NCBI GenBank assembly: GCA_003971905.1
Contig: RSEE01000056.1
Coordinates: 186,001 to 250,000, forward strand
Reading direction: 5' to 3'
Source of the DNA: Moniliella sp. 'wahieum'
Lineage: Eukaryota
DNA: 64,000 nt
Shown piece after piece: positions 24,501 to 41,100 of this stretch; position 1 is the first letter of the stretch; each line of letters starts with the position of its first letter. Under the pieces are notes generated by a model. That model did no database searches. It saw nothing but the letters and a program-made list of their open reading frames with translations, and had not been told where the DNA came from. Position numbers and translations under genes: made by a program.

Positions 24501-24625
24501 AGCCGGAACAGCGGCCGAATGCCCAAGCTATGCTCTCCCATCCGTTCATCAAGCGCGCCGACCCACTCCGCACTCTCGCTCCGGCCATCAAGCTGGCACG
24601 AGAGCAAGCAAAAAAGGCACGCTAG
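21539..24625 (+). CDS. STE20: PAK/Ste20 family Ser/Thr kinase
   Basis: [39 protein letters not shown] (~22205-22320). Kinase motifs [74 protein letters not shown]-terminal G-beta-binding-like [10 protein letters not shown]. No PH domain seen, so Ste20 rather than Cla4. Intron 22116-22177. Confidence 0.93.
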
Positions 24626-24994
24626 CTACCTGGTGGTCGTTGCTTTGTTGTTGGTTAATGATTTCTACGTTTTCCCACCACCACGTTTTTCCACTTCTTT
24701 CGCGCACTACCTCCCCCTCCTCCCCCCCCTTGCCGAGAGTCCGTTTCGCTTGACTTGTATAACGTGCTCTATAGTCCTGCTCCGGAGCTTGTCTGTTGCT
24801 TGTCTGCTCCTCCTCCTCCAATGCTTCCGGTACGTAGATAAACCAAATAGCCATTGGCGCTTTTTTTTTTCGTTTGGGCCCCTTGTGGCGCATGTCAGAA
24901 GGAGTCCTTAGATTGGAATATGCTGAGAGGCGAGAAAGAGAAAAATGAATGCACATGCACCATCATGCATCACGCGCACGGGACGAGATCGCGC

Positions 24995-26713
24995 TTAGAA
25001 GCCCATGCCTCCCATGCCACCCATGCCGCCCATGGAGGGCATACCACCCGCACCGCCCTTCTCCTGCGGTGCCTCCACAATGCAGCACTCGGACGTGGTC
25101 AGGAGCGAGGCGACACCGGCCGCGTCCTGAAGCGAGGTACGGATGACCTTGAGCGGGTCCAAAATCCCAGCTGCACTCAGGTCCTTGAACTCGGCCGTAG
25201 CAGCATCGTAGCCGTAGCTGAAGTTGTCCAGGTGCGACTCGAGCAGGCGGCCGACCACCACCGAGCCCTCTTCACCGGCATTTGCCACAATCTGCCGCGT
25301 AGGCTGGGTGAGCGCCGCCTTGATAATCGACACACCCAATTGCTGGTCAAAGTTGGCCGTCTTGACCGCCGCCAGCGCCTGGGTGGCCTTGAGCAGCGCC
25401 GTACCCCCACCAGGCACGACACCCTCCTCGACAGCGGCACGCGTCGCGTTCAGCGCATCGTCGTACCGGTCCTTCTTCTCACCCACCTCGACCTCGGAGG
25501 AGCCACCAACCTTGATCACCGCCACACCACCCGACAGCTTGGCCAGGCGCTCCTGCAGCTTGGACTTGTCGTACTCCGACGTAGTCTCGTTGGCAGCGGC
25601 GCGGATCTGCTCGCAGCGGTGGGCAAGCGCGTCCTTAGAGCCAGCGCCGTTGAGGAAGATAGTGTCCTCCTTGGTGATCGTGATGGATTCCGCCGAGCCG
25701 AGCATGTCGGGCGTGGCGCTCTCCAGCTTGATCTCCAGTTCGTCCGAGAAGACGGTACCTCCGGTAAGAATTCCGAGGTCACCGAGATCGACTTGCGGTT
25801 GTCGCCAAAGCCAGGGCCTTGACTGCGCAAACCGACAGCTGGCCACGTAGCTTGTTGAGGATGCAGGCCGCGAGTGCTTCGCCATCCACGTCCTCGGCAA
25901 TGATCAGCAAGGGGCGACGCAGTTGGGCAGCAGCCTCGAGCGAGGGAAGAATGTCTTGCAGAACCGAGATCTTCTTTTCCGAAAGGAGAATGAGGGGCTT
26001 CTCAAATTCCACCTTTTGGGTCTTGACGTCGGTGATAAAGTAGGGGGAAATGTAGCCGCGGTCAAAGCGCATGCCTTCGGTGATCTCAATTTCGTCCTCA
26101 AGGGTACGGCCCTCCTTGACAGTGATCACACCCTCCTTTCCGACCTTCTCCATGGCAGTGGCAATCAGCTTGCCCACGTGCGTGTCACCGTTGGCGGAGA
26201 TGGTGACTTGGGCAATCTCCTCCGAGGTAGTCACCGGCTTCTTGTGCCTCCAGGAACTTGATCACAGCTTCCACGGCAGCTTGGGTGCCACGCCGCAGGT
26301 CCATGGGGTTGCACCCAGCCGCGACGTTCTTAACACCCTCGGCGTAAATGGCGCGCGAGTACAGTGGCGGCCGTCGTGCCATCGCCCGCTTCGTCGTTGG
26401 CCTTGTTCGCCACGTCCTGCACCAGGCGAGCGCCCAAGTTCTCAAACTTGTCCTTGAGCTCAATTGCCTTTGCGACCGTAACACCGTCCTTGGTGATCTT
26501 GGGACCTCCAAACGCCTGCTCGATAATCACGTTGCGTCCCTTGGGACCCATTGTGACGCTCACCGCGTCAGCGAGGAGGTTGACACCCTTGAGCATGGCC
26601 GCGCGGCCGTCGTTGCTGAAGAGCACATCCTTGTGGGCGTGGGCGGCAGCCGACGTGCTGAATGCACGCGACGCACGCAGCGGCGCCTTGGCAGCAGTAC
26701 GGAGGAGCGACAT
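24995..26713 (-). CDS. HSP60: Mitochondrial chaperonin Hsp60 (GroEL family)
   Basis: Presequence [89 protein letters not shown] tail. No intron seen. Confidence 0.98.
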
Positions 26714-26826
26714 GGGCAGGAAGGGCAGAGGCGGTGGGGGCTGCCCACAAGAAGCAGGCTGGCCTGGGGTGTATTTAATCGCCGGGCCAGCCGGGCCGGA
26801 TGCGGGGAGACACAGGCGCCGTGCCA

Positions 26827-26853
26827 GGAAGATTCCACCGAAGCAGCTGGAAG
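26827..26853. promoter_or_regulatory. Heat-shock-element-like site in the HSP60/HSP10 divergent promoter
   Basis: gGAAgaTTCc (nGAAnnTTCn) at 26827-26836, plus further GAA units at 26840 and 26850. Confidence 0.5.
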
Positions 26854-27171
26854 AGCATTTTGTTCGGCCCGCAGCCCAGCGGCCGGACCAGGTGCTTTAA
26901 GCCGCCCCCACACTCGCCTCGTGCCGGCCCGGCGGTGGCGACCGAACACATAGACCCGTCCAATGCAGCACGGGGGCAGTCTGCGCGCCCCCCGCCGCCG
27001 TTAAAGCATCCTTGGTCATGCATCACGCATCATCGTTGGCCTCTTTCGGGCCCAGGCTGGACTACCCGATCGAATATTTGTCTGGCCAAGCTCTGCTCCT
27101 TTCGCCCCCTCTCCCCACCATCATCACGGCCCACCCCCTTCTGCTACTTCCCGTCTCCATCCACTCACACC

Positions 27172-27571
27172 ATGGCGTCCACCATCAAATCGGTCAAGAA
27201 CATTGTCCCCCTGCTGGACCGCGTGCTGGTGCAGCGTTTCAAAGCCGAGACCAAGACGGCCTCGGGTCTCTTCTTGCCCAGCTCCGCCACCCAGTCGCCT
27301 TTGCCTGAGGCGCACGTTGTCGCCGCTGGCCCCGGTGCGCTCACCAAGGACGGGCAGACAATCCCCATGAGCGTCAAGGCTGGTGACAAGGTTCTGCTCC
27401 CTGGCTGGGGTGGCAGTTCGATCAAGGTGGGCGATGAGGTAAGTGGGTTTCGCTTTCTTTGCGGTTTGTCCCTCCGTTTTGGGTTGTGTTGACCGACCGT
27501 CTCTGCGTTTGTATGGATAGGAGTACCTCCTCATCAAGGACAGCGAAATTCTGGCCAAGCTCAACGAGTAA
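27172..27571 (+). CDS. HSP10: Mitochondrial co-chaperonin Hsp10 (GroES family)
   Basis: IVPLLDRVLVQRFKAETKTASGLFLP...VKAGDKVLLPGWGG; intron 27439-27520 (GTAAGT...TAG); last exon EYLLIKDSEILAKLNE-stop. Confidence 0.98.
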
Positions 27572-27924
27572 TCCAACATCAAAATGCATTGGCTCTGAAG
27601 CCCTCTCATCATCATTCAAGCTGTTCTATGCTCGGTCCAGTGGCGAAGAGTAGACTGATTCACTCACACAGGGAGCACCCTCCTCGGTGAGAACCCGCGC
27701 TCCAGGCAGCAACTACACCTGGTATCGTTTGCTGGGAACAGTGGCAATTGGGCTCCCGGGTATAGAGGTCCATGGAGCTAGGAAAGTGCATTGGAAAGTA
27801 AGGAAATTTCAATACATCAGTGGGCTATAGTCTGTCAGACGAAAACGCAGTCAAGCAAATGGCAATGATGCGTATTACGTTGAAGTCGTCATTGGCGCAT
27901 GAAAGGAGCGAGGCATAGAGAAGC

Positions 27925-29321
27925 CTAGGCCTTGTGCTGGTTGGTAAGGACCTTGGGGGCCTGGTTGTTGCGGGTGAACGAGTCGATGCCAGCGTACGTC
28001 GACTGCGGCTCGAGATGTTCGATGCGGAGAAGCTCGTTGTACTTGGCGACCCGCTCCGAACGGGCGGGCGCACCCGATTTGATCAGGCCAGCGCCCAGAC
28101 CCACGACCAGGTCGGCAATGGACGTGTCTTCCGTCTCACCCGAACGGTGGGAGACCATGACAGCCCAGCCGTCGGACTGAGCGAGCTTGGCTGCTTCGAT
28201 CGACTCGGTGATGGTACCGATCTGGTTGATCTTGAGCAGAAGACCATTGCAGGACTCTTCGCAATCGCATCCTTGATCCGCAGCACGTTGGTCACTGTCA
28301 GATCGTCACCAATCACAGTTACACCAGCGTGAGCGCGGAAGTAGCTCCAGGCCTCCCAGTCGTCCTGCTCGAACGGGTCCTCAATCGAGGCAATGGGGTA
28401 CTTCTTGATGTAGCCCATGTAGACCTCAGCAAGCTGCTTGCCGGTAAGCCACTTGCTGGGGTCCGAGTTGGGGTTCTTAAGTCCAGGTCGTACTTGCCGT
28501 CTTTGTAGAATTCGGACGAAGCAACGTCAAGCGAGATGTGGACCTTGCCCGTGTAGCCAGCCTTGTCAATGGCGGCAGTGAGAAGTCGAGCGCCTCCTCG
28601 GCACCCTGAACATTGGGAGCGAAACCACCTTCGTCACCAACGTTGGTTGCGTCAATGCCGTACTTGGCCTTGATGACCGACTTGAGGTTGTGGTACACCT
28701 CGGTGGCGACCTGCATCGCTTCAGTGAACGTCTTGGCACCCGTGGGGACGATCATGAACTCCTGGTATGCCAGACGGTTGCCAGCGTGCTCACCACCGTT
28801 GATGACGTTGCAAGCAATGCTAGGAAGGACGTACGGGCCAGCAATACCAGCCAGCTTGGCGTAGTACTTGTACAACGGCAGACCCACCTCAGCGGCACCC
28901 GCCTTGGAGACGGCCAAGGAACACCGAGGATCGCGTTGGCGCCGAGCTTGCCCTTGTTGGGCGTGCCGTCGAGATTGTTGAGGAAGGAATCGATGCTCTT
29001 CTGCTCGGTGGGTTAGGCCGGCTTTGACCAGGGCTGGGGCAATGGTGTTGTTGACATTGCCAACAGCCTTGGTGACACCCTTGCCCATGTAGGCCTTACC
29101 GCCATCACGGCTCAACAGCCTCGTGAATACCGGTTGATGCGCCGGAGGGGACGGAAGCGCGGAAGAGGCCCTTGCCGGTAACAAGGTCAACCTCGACGGT
29201 GGGGTTGCCACGCGAGTCGAACTGGCATGATCGGAAGTCGGTCAGCGGAGGAAGAGCGAGGTGGGGGGGAGGGAGGTATAGTACGTACGATCTGGCGGGC
29301 GTAGACACTCTGGATGGACAT
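27925..29321 (-). CDS. ENO1: Enolase
   Basis: [23 protein letters not shown] (intron 29222-29288), [81 protein letters not shown]. Confidence 0.98.
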
Positions 29322-30872
29322 GGTGATGGGGGAATGCAACAGCTGTGGGAGACGGGTGGTATGGTGACATGCGAGGGAGGAGGTGTGGGCGCGCTTAAGT
29401 ATATAGACGCTGGTACGCACGCAACATGGGGAGGCGACGAGGCATCATTCGCGTCTGCTGGAGCAGGCTCGCGCTGGGGAAAAAGGGCGCACAGGCCACG
29501 AGAGAAGCCAGGTGTGCACTGCCCCAGTGCGGCTCGGCTCTCAGGATGCAGGATGCAAATTGAAGTCATCGTGTCCTGCGAGTGGCGGCCGGTGACCGGT
29601 GACTGCCTCCAGCGCCCGCTGTCAGACCTCAGAATCAAACCAAGAGGCAGCGGTTGCCTGCCCCCGCAGCGGCCCACACCACCACCACCATCGAACACCA
29701 GCCGATCCCGCAGGGCATGCTGCCTCAGCTGAGGCTGGAGATCATGAGCCTCATGCCACTCTCCCGGCGTCCACATCAGACCCTCCCCAGCTGGCGCTTC
29801 GCTTGAGAAATCTCGTCATGTACAGCGCTGCTCTTCTCAGCTCCCAGTTCTCAGCTTTCTCTCAGTGCTCGCAGCTCAGTCTGAGTGCTGAACTCGGTAC
29901 TTGTCGAAACTTGTTCCTCAGTACCAGCTCGCCAGCTCAGCCAACCCATTCAGGTCAAATCAGAGAAGCTCACGCCAGATCGCCCACCTTACAACTTGCT
30001 TATCGCAAAGGGCGTTAGTCTTCCCCTCTCCTAAACACCCAACAGTTTCGTTTCTTGCATCATTATAACTGCGTATCCCCGGTCCTCCGCTGGATTACTG
30101 ATTGCTGCCATGCGATGATCATAACCACAGTCCTCTGTGGTCACCGTACTGATCGGGTCCCAGCTGCTGCACCAACTCTCGATAAGTCCATTGTTCCTCT
30201 CACGTCATCTCTCATCTTCCTGAGCATCAATAACGACGACAGAGACTAATCAGATCTCGCCACCCATATGCGACAGCAATGTTTATATTGGAACCAGAGG
30301 ACCACCGGTCTTACGGCCCGGTTTACTTGCCACTTTTCCACCGTTCCACCGTCCCACCGTCGTCTTGTTTCGCTCCTCTTGTGCGCTGGAGAGGGAAGAT
30401 TAGTATAATATAGCTGCTTTGTTTCGGCACAAAGATGTGCTCGCTCGCTGGCATACACGCTATCCTATAATAAGAACTCGAGTGGCCTGGACTCCAGCCC
30501 CGCTGGGTACCATCATGGGCCACGGATGGCCTGCAGCGACCATATTATAGAAGTCTCTCCTTGCCCGCTTCCACAGGGGGGATCTTTCGCTTGCTGCTCG
30601 CCTCCATATCGCCTTGGACCAGCCCCACAAACTGCAATGCGCCAGCAAAACCTGATGGTGAGGTCACCCCCCCGGCCACCTTGCAGCTGGTTACAATTTG
30701 ATCCGTTATCATCTCGATGCCATCTCTCAGTCGGCTGTGGTGGGCACCGGGGCTACTGCCTTTTTCGCCTGATCCAGTGGAGCTATGACAGTTATATGTC
30801 GCCGTAAGAGTTGTGAGAAGAGGTTATACCTTCCTCGACAGGCAAGGGGAATTCCATTTTGTCGCTCCCCGG

Positions 30873-33800
30873 TCATCGTTCATCGATCACCTCCCCTCGT
30901 CCGCATCGGCGGGTCGGCTCGGCATCAGGTTCGGTGAGCAAGTGCCAAATTTGGTCCAGGTCCTGCGGGGCGACAACCAAGTCGAGCAAGCCGCAGCCAA
31001 GTCGGCTGCGTCTTGCATCTGGACTCGGTGCGTACATGCACAGCGGTGCTACCACTCGGGATCGTCTGCAAATGCGATTCTGCCCCAGGCAACAGTGAAG
31101 AGATGACGGGCGCCATTGAGGTGCAGCTGGTGGGAGTCCAGCGCGTCGCTCAGTGTCCGCTCTGCCTCGTCACCAGATAAGAGAGGTGGGAGAGGAGCAG
31201 GACGGCACTGTGTAGTCGTATCGCCAGATGATTGAGCGAGACAGTGTCCATCGCGGCGAGGGTCGGACCAGAACGCATCGCGTCCTGCACCAGGAGCGAG
31301 ATGAGCGCAGCGAGCAACGAAGGCGTGGCCAGTAACTCGGTGCGGGCTGGGCCGGCCAAGACGTGGAGCAAAATAAGGTGCAGGTGATGGTATGGTTTGC
31401 AACCGCTGCTGCTCGGCCTCGGGGACATAGTCCAGCTGCATGCGGGCGGAAACGAGGTGATGCGAAAGCAAATCGACCATGGTGGACGCGGGTCCCACCC
31501 GCTCGCTCCTCCCCCGGCCAAGCGGGGCACTTGAACGCCGGGCGCAAAACGGGCTTGGACAACGAGCGGGACCATAGCTGGCGACGCTAGGACCAAAGCC
31601 AACGCCACCGCCACTCACACAGAGCTTGATCCGCTCAAGTCGCGGGTGAAGTAAGTTGCACAGCAATCCCGGCGCCGACGCAATCGACTTGAGTGCCCAT
31701 TCGCCCACACTTTGAAACCCAAGTGCTCCCGAGAACGACTCGATGAGCGCAACGAGCGCTGTGCGGATCGCTTCTCGACGTCAGGTGCTAGGGGCACGGG
31801 TCCCTCCATGGCCCTCGGAGTGTTTGCTCTCTTTGGTTCGGGTGCGCTCGTGCACCTTGCGCTGCGCCTCTTGTACGTCCATTAGCGACGCGTGGGGACC
31901 ATGTAGCTCTGGCAAGGGGGGAAAGCGTGCGTAGAGGTCGAGCCAGGTATCGATCCCAATACCCTGAGGATCCCAGTGACGCAGTACGGGAAGGTCTTGG
32001 GACAACAGCATCGCCGCATCCGACAAGAGTTCCGCCACCGAAGAGGGCAAAGGGAGCGAGATGGGTGGGGTGTGGTGTGGTCGTGTTTGCCAGAGGCCGG
32101 GATTCTTCCCAGCGCACCATCGTCCCCCTCGGTGGGCGCGTCGGTGGTCGCTCGGTTCGTGACAACGGATCCACCCGCAGCTGTCCTTCGCCCTCACCTC
32201 CTCGCCGGTCGGGGTAGGCGTGACGAACGCACGGGCAAATTCGGGGTAGAGCGAGGCGGTAGCCGCACACAACCTCAGCGTATCTGCAAACGCATCAAGC
32301 ATGCCCAGACGCAAAGTCAAGCCTGCGAATGCACTAAGCGCTCGAGCAAGGCAAGTAAGCGCCACCCGTGCCTCGGCCAGCACGTTCGATTCGATGCCCA
32401 AAACGCATCGTTCACTACATCGCCCTCTGCCCCGTCCACGCGCTCTAGCACGTCGGCAACTAGGTCAGGCGGGACCGTCGGCGTACCCTTGGGGAAGGTG
32501 AAGTGAACTTTTGCTGTGGCCTTGGCCGCGTCCGCCGCGGCCACAGTCAGGCTGCAGGAACCGAGAGAGGCAAAACGAGTGCTCGCAAAATCCGAGCGGA
32601 GAGAATGGCATGTAACTTAACTGCACTCGTGTCAATTCCCGGGGGCAAGGGGTACCTAGCATGCGGACCAAAGTTGCCCCGTTCGGGTTAAGGTGATTGT
32701 CCAAACTGAACCTGGGCGCCCCAGGTAGTATTGGCGGATCGGACGGGCCGAGAGAAAGGGAAGAGGTAGACACAGGGGCAGGCAGCAGCTCAGCCACGTC
32801 CCGGTGGGCCATGGTGATTGGCACCCTTTCAGGCGAAGGGGCTGGTGTTGACTGATAGGACAACACAAAGGCACAAACACTACTCCGGACTCGCACAGCC
32901 TCTTGAACTGCCCAGAGACGCGTAGCCTGGGTAACCAACAAAATGTTGGCCGCTCGGCTGGCGGTAGTGTCTTCCTTCCGCTCCGGCTGTTTTGGCATGG
33001 CCCCCAGAAGAGAGAGCGGGCAACGGGGGCATGTCGGGAAGATCATTGTTGTCAAATAGGGCCCCTTGAGATGAAGGCAAGGCGGGCGGCGATCGGCGCT
33101 GTTGGGATCGGTGGACAGTTGCCCTGGTGGGTGTTTTATCGGGAGACACATCATGTCGGTTCCCGTTGGCACGAGGACTGGCCACTGGAGCCTCACGCGC
33201 AAGACGTAAAGGTGTCGTATGTGGGAGTGGGTTTGGTGGTGGCCCTGGCCCTGGAACGGATTTCTTCCTTGGCATTGGTGCCAAATGCTCGGTCCAACCC
33301 AGCAAAGCTGGGAACGAATCGTCCTCTTCCGCGTTCGGGCCGGGAAGGAGAGGGGGGGGGTATGTGTAGACATTGCGGGTGCTCCCCGAAATAGATCCCG
33401 TGGCCGAGCAGGCGTGACGAGACCTTGGGTGTCAGGTTGGGACCCCAGCGCGGGAGCTGGGGTAGGAACGTCGCGCATCGCCCGTTCCAACGCGCTGAAT
33501 TGCTCGACCGTCCGCATGCGTTCGAGAGCGTCAGCATGCTCTTTAACGCGCCTGCATCAGCGCGCGGGTATGCTCGTCGGCCGTTTCGGATAACTTGTCT
33601 TCAACGCTTTGTTTCCTCGGCCAACCGACGGGCTTGCTGTTGCAGGTCCAAAAGCTTACCCCTCGTCTTGTACTCCTCGTCTTTGCGCATGCGCTCCACC
33701 GCTTTCTCGGCTTCTCGCTTAGCGATCTTGGCAGCGGAGCGCTGCAGCCCGAACACGAGCCATAGCAATATCGAGCTCGCTTTGAAGTCTGCGCTGCTCG

Positions 33801-34673
33801 GATTGGAACGAGTGTCGGAGGTGCTTGGGGGGAAGGATGTGGCCCGGTCCGGGGGAGAGCGGGGGATGCGGTCCGGTCACGCTCGGGACCGGGACGAGGA
33901 GAACAGTGGGGCGGTCAGAGGGATGGATAGACCTACCGATCTTGTTGTGGGAGGGGAGGAAGTGCGGCCACGCGATCGTTGGCTTGCCATAGCATGTGCC
34001 TCCACCATGACGCGGTCCAGCGCATCCGAGTCGGACCAGAACGGGTCATCGTCATTGTCCAAATCTTCGACGCGAGGCAGGCCTGGAAGCGCCGCAGGCC
34101 CCTGCGTTGCACTACTCGTGCTGCATCGTTTTGGACGTGGACGTGGACGTGGTCGAGGCGAGGGGGAGGATTGGCATCTTGGGGTGGAACGGAGAGAGCG
34201 GAGCGGGCGGGGTCGAGAGGTGGACGCGGAAGTTCGCGAGGGAGTCCGGGTGGGTGCGACTGAGTTGGCTCGGGACGGGGCGCGAACAGGCGGATTCGCT
34301 GCATACCTGCCGTCAATCATGAGCGTGATTTCGGGCAGTCCTCATCGTCGCTGATCGTTTGGGGGGGACAGACAGACGAGGCCGTTTGCGAGGGGGCGCT
34401 GGACCGGGGCGGTCGGAGGCGGGCCGGATGTGGCGCGCTATTGGGGGACGAGCGGCAGGTGCTGCAGAACGGCAGAAGTGGCCCTGCGCAGGAGGGAGAG
34501 GATGAGGAGGGGGCAGCGCGGGGGGGGCGTGAGGCGGAGGAGAAGGTGCGGGAGGAGAAGGAGGCGCGGGAGGAGTTGGCATAGGCGCTTTCCGTTTCGC
34601 GCAGGGCATCGTCGAGGAGATGGGGGTCAATTTGGTCGAAATCGTCGTCGAACTCGTCGTCGGTCGAGGGCAT
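30873..34673 (-). CDS. Probable Rad26/ATRIP-like checkpoint adaptor
   Basis: Acidic N-terminus MPSTDDEFDDDFDQID and a second acidic patch DDDPFWSDSDALD. Long coiled coil ~33480-33800 (QRRLQSELD...LERMRTVEQFSALE). Helical C-terminal region ending HLFTVAWGRIAFADDPEW...LLDLVVAPQDLDQIWHLL. The architecture fits fungal Rad26/ATRIP, but there are many frameshifts and the 3' end is approximate. Confidence 0.55.
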
Positions 34674-35033
34674 TACGGTTGCTCAGCCCAGCGGCGCTCC
34701 CAGCGGCGCATGCATACACTCGTGCTCGTGCACGATGGAGGTGGTGGGGGCAGGCGTGCGGGCGCGGGCACGCTCATTTACCGCGTGTCTTACGTAAGTC
34801 CTCGCCGCATCTTCGCTCGGTTGCCTCCACGGCTCCACAGGCTGCACTATGTCCTGGTGCGCACGTGACCCCGCAGCGTCCATCCATCTATGGCACACGC
34901 GCCCATCAAAATCAATCCAAGCTCCACCGCGTTTCTTCATATCCAACAGCAGGCGCCACAGGGCACGCGAGCACGGGGGGGATGCGGGTAACGGAAGAGG
35001 AGGGGAGCTGATGCATTCTGCCTATGCCTGTGC

Positions 35034-37532
<2,499 letters not shown>

Positions 37533-38121
37533 GGCGTCGCTCCGCGGGCGAGGAGGGCGGGGGGGACGAGGGGCGGAGAAGAGGGAACGCAAAGCCTCGA
37601 CTGGGGGAGGTGACGGGGGCGGCGCACAGGGGTGGCGCGCTACTTTATAGTGCGGGGGTGGAAACGCGGGCCGGACGGCCAGCGTCTCTGCCGGCGGCGG
37701 CGCTGGGCGGGCTTGGAGACGCGCAGGCCGGCGGTGGAGACCAACACCGGCCACACGCTTACTGCTGCCCAGCCGACGCGAGGCGCGCTGACAAATGGCG
37801 GCGGCGCAGCAGCAGCGCCATCGGACGGTGGGTGACGCGTGACGACGAATGACCGGTGACGCGTCGCAGCGCAGCGACGCCATCCGCTTGGGCCGGCGCC
37901 AGCAGCAGCCACCACCACGGGGCGCAGGCGGGCCTAATGCACACACTGGCCCCGCGCCCGCCCCCACCCGCACACATCACCTGCCCATCACACCCATGGG
38001 CCTGTCCCTGGCAGTCACACACGTGTGTTGCAATGTTCAAGCTGCCCGGCACCTGCTATACCAATAATACCCCACCCTGCCTCACCTTGCCCACGGACCA
38101 TGCGCCTTCTCGATTGCAGCC

Positions 38122-41100
38122 TCACAGCGACCGCTCCACCACCGAGTCCGAAGCATACTCCACCTCGTCATCGTCCACGCAAAAGCTGTCGTTCGTGTAG
38201 CGGTCCTGCGAGTCGTGCGGCGTCGCCGGCGAAGACACCATCCGCCGCGAGCACCGTCGCAGCGCCGGCGGCAGCCCGCGATCCTGCCTGCGCCCATCCA
38301 CCCAGCGCACCACGTCGGTTGTCAGCATAACCCATCCCCATCACACAGCGCCAGCTCGGAGGGTCAGACATACAAGAGCGACTGGACATAGGCGGCGTGT
38401 TGGTTGTACCCCTGCACCTGCGTCGGCTGAAAGTCTCCCACGTTGCTAAGGTCCCCAGCCTCCTCCTCCTCTGCCTCGTCCTCCGACGCCTCGGGGCCCG
38501 ACATGTCTGCCTCCACTTGGAACAAGGCGCGGGAGGTGGGTGACGCACCAATCCTTTTTTTCCGCCGGGACATGGGCTTGGTCTTGGACTTGGCTTTGGC
38601 GTTGGTCTTGGCCTTGGTCTTGGTCTTGGCCTGGGAAGTGCGCCCAGCCTGCGCATGGGGCTGGGTCGCATCACCAAGAGGCTTCGGCACCGGCGCAGGT
38701 CCACATCGAAAGCGAGACAACTTTGTTCGGGTCGTCTCAGGCGACGAGGAAGACACCAGGGTGACTTTCCTGCGGGGCACGACAATAGGCGACGAGTCCT
38801 CGTCCAACATGGCGGGCCGGGGGCGCTTGGGAACTCGTGGGCCCAACGAGTCGTCCGGATCCTTCGCATCTGAGCGGCTGTCCCCGTGAGGGGTGGCACG
38901 GAGAAGAGCAAGCGGCGAGAGCACTTCCGGCGCCTTGGGCTCTTGGTTGGTAGGTACAACAGCAGCAAGCACAGCGGCACGTGGGGAGGAAGAGACGCGG
39001 GTATCCCCTTCCTCAGCTGGGTCGCTGGCGGGAGCGAGGATCATAGGTGTGGCACGGGGATTGGTAGTGGGCCGTCCCTTGGCACCATCTTGCCCCGTCG
39101 GCACCGTCGGCGCAAGCGGTGGTGCAGGCATCACCTTGGCCTTCGCCCGCCCTTAGTTTGGGGGGGCGCAGACGCGTTGGACGTCCCGTCCGCGTCAAAC
39201 GCAGCGGCAATGAGTGGATGCATAAAACTGGTAGAAGTCGGGGTGCCATGCACATACTCGGCCAAGTCGGTACCAAGTAAATTGTCGTCCAATTGGACCC
39301 CCTCCTGATGCACCGCGTGTAAAAGCGGCAAATCCGAGTTGCCATTCTTTGCACGCCCTGCAGCCGAAACCCGCAGAGGCACCTCGTCCGAATCGGTTAA
39401 ATTGCCCCCGCTCGATCCGTAGTCAGGGTTACGGAGAAGAGATCGGGCGGTGGTGAAGGAGAGGGGAAGCAATCTTTGGAGGCATATGTTTTCGGGAACG
39501 TGGCGGGGCCGCGATCCCACTCAAGTCCACTGCCGCAAAGATATCATCGTCGTCATCGAGTAGGTCATCCGGTTCAAGGAGTTGACGGGCCGAGACAGAT
39601 TCCTGGCTGAGGAGAAACAGGGGCTCGCCCCGAGGGGGTTTTGGAGGGGAATGGAACGGCATTCTCAGCGAAGAAGGTACCCTCTCAGCCGCCCTAGCCG
39701 GAGAGCCCGAGAGCACAGAGGGAACATCACCCTTTCCTTGCACACGGACGTGCGCAGAGGACGGACGAGACGGTATTGGGGGTTTACTTGGATAGGAGGT
39801 TGCTTTGCTGTTCCACAGCGGCTCATCGTCCGATTCGTCCGATTCGTCCGGCACGGAAGCAGCCTCGTCCCCGTCCTCTAAGGCATACCCCGCAAGAAGG
39901 GGGTGGGCGGCCGAGCGCTGCACACCGACTGAATCAGGACGAACAGATTGGTTTGGCTTGCGTCGTGGAATGGATCGGTCAGTACCAGGAACGGGAAGAT
40001 GGCCATTTCTCTTTGTATTGACCACGGGAGCGGCGGGGGCAATGGGTCTGCCCAAGCCCGCAGAGGTTCGTAGCCGGTTGACATTTGAATGGCGTTGGAG
40101 GGCCTTGATTTGGAGAGAGGGGCTACGATGGGAGAAGAGGTCCGACATGAGTGGCAGCTCATCGTCCGAGCTGTCCTCCAACGCCCTCAGCGCCTTGGAG
40201 ACGATGTTTTCGCCCGGGCCAGACGAGGTGTGAGCCGGAGGCGCCCCGGCGTTGAGCGGAAGATCGTCGTCCGACTCGGAAAGGAGAAACTTGGATCCGC
40301 CAACTCACTTGCTTTGGAGAAGGAGCCATACAAGTCCAACTCGCCCTTGTTCTTCTTCTTTTGTCCTTTTTAGTAGCTTTGGGTCTTGCTCGTGTGCCAG
40401 CGCGGCCAACATCGATCATACCCGGCTCAAATGCGGGTTGGTCAACGGGCTTTTTGACGACCGTAGGCTGGATGTGATCCGGGATCATGCGCGTCACATC
40501 GTCGTACAGCTCATATTGGCCATGGTGATCGAACGAAGCACGCTCTCGTGTTGCGACTTGGCTTGGTTCCACTTGCCTTCGTCCCGGCCGGGCGTGACCA
40601 AGACTACCACTTTACCCTCCCGTTTGCGGCCTGTCCGACCAATCGTCGCTGCAGCATCCGTACTGGATCCGCCACCGAGTCGTAACATACGATCAGGTCC
40701 ACCTCTCCAATATCCAGGCCCTCCTCGCCCACCGATGTGGCGACAAGCACCTGGTACTCCCCGCCTGAAAGGCGGCCATGGCCTTCTTTTGATCCTTTTG
40801 TGCCATGCCGCGTGCTCCGTTGCGGTCGTTCTGTTGGCCAACAAAACGACAGGCGCTGATGCCACGCCGAGAGAGGCGCGTGGTGATCTCCTCCACACAT
40901 TCGCGCGAAGAACAAAAGACCATGGCACGGGACGAAGACGGGCCATTGTCGTCCCGCTGGACCTGGGCGATGGCATGCTGATTAAAGTGGTTTTCTAGAA
41001 TGGTGTGCAAGAGCTGCAGTTTCGGATGGCGATACCCTTCTTCGGGGATCTTGAGTTGATCCACCAAGGCCAGCATCGACGCCACGACGGGATTGGTTTG

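Noticed and set aside
24623..24658. STE20 stop readthrough (TAG CTA) generating a CaaX tail
   Set aside because: The extension would end RCFVVG, with Cys at -5 rather than -4, and the stop is TAG rather than the TGA CTA readthrough context.
27880..27927. Cryptic peroxisomal PTS1 by readthrough of the enolase stop
   Set aside because: The readthrough peptide ends FMRQ, which is not SKL-like.
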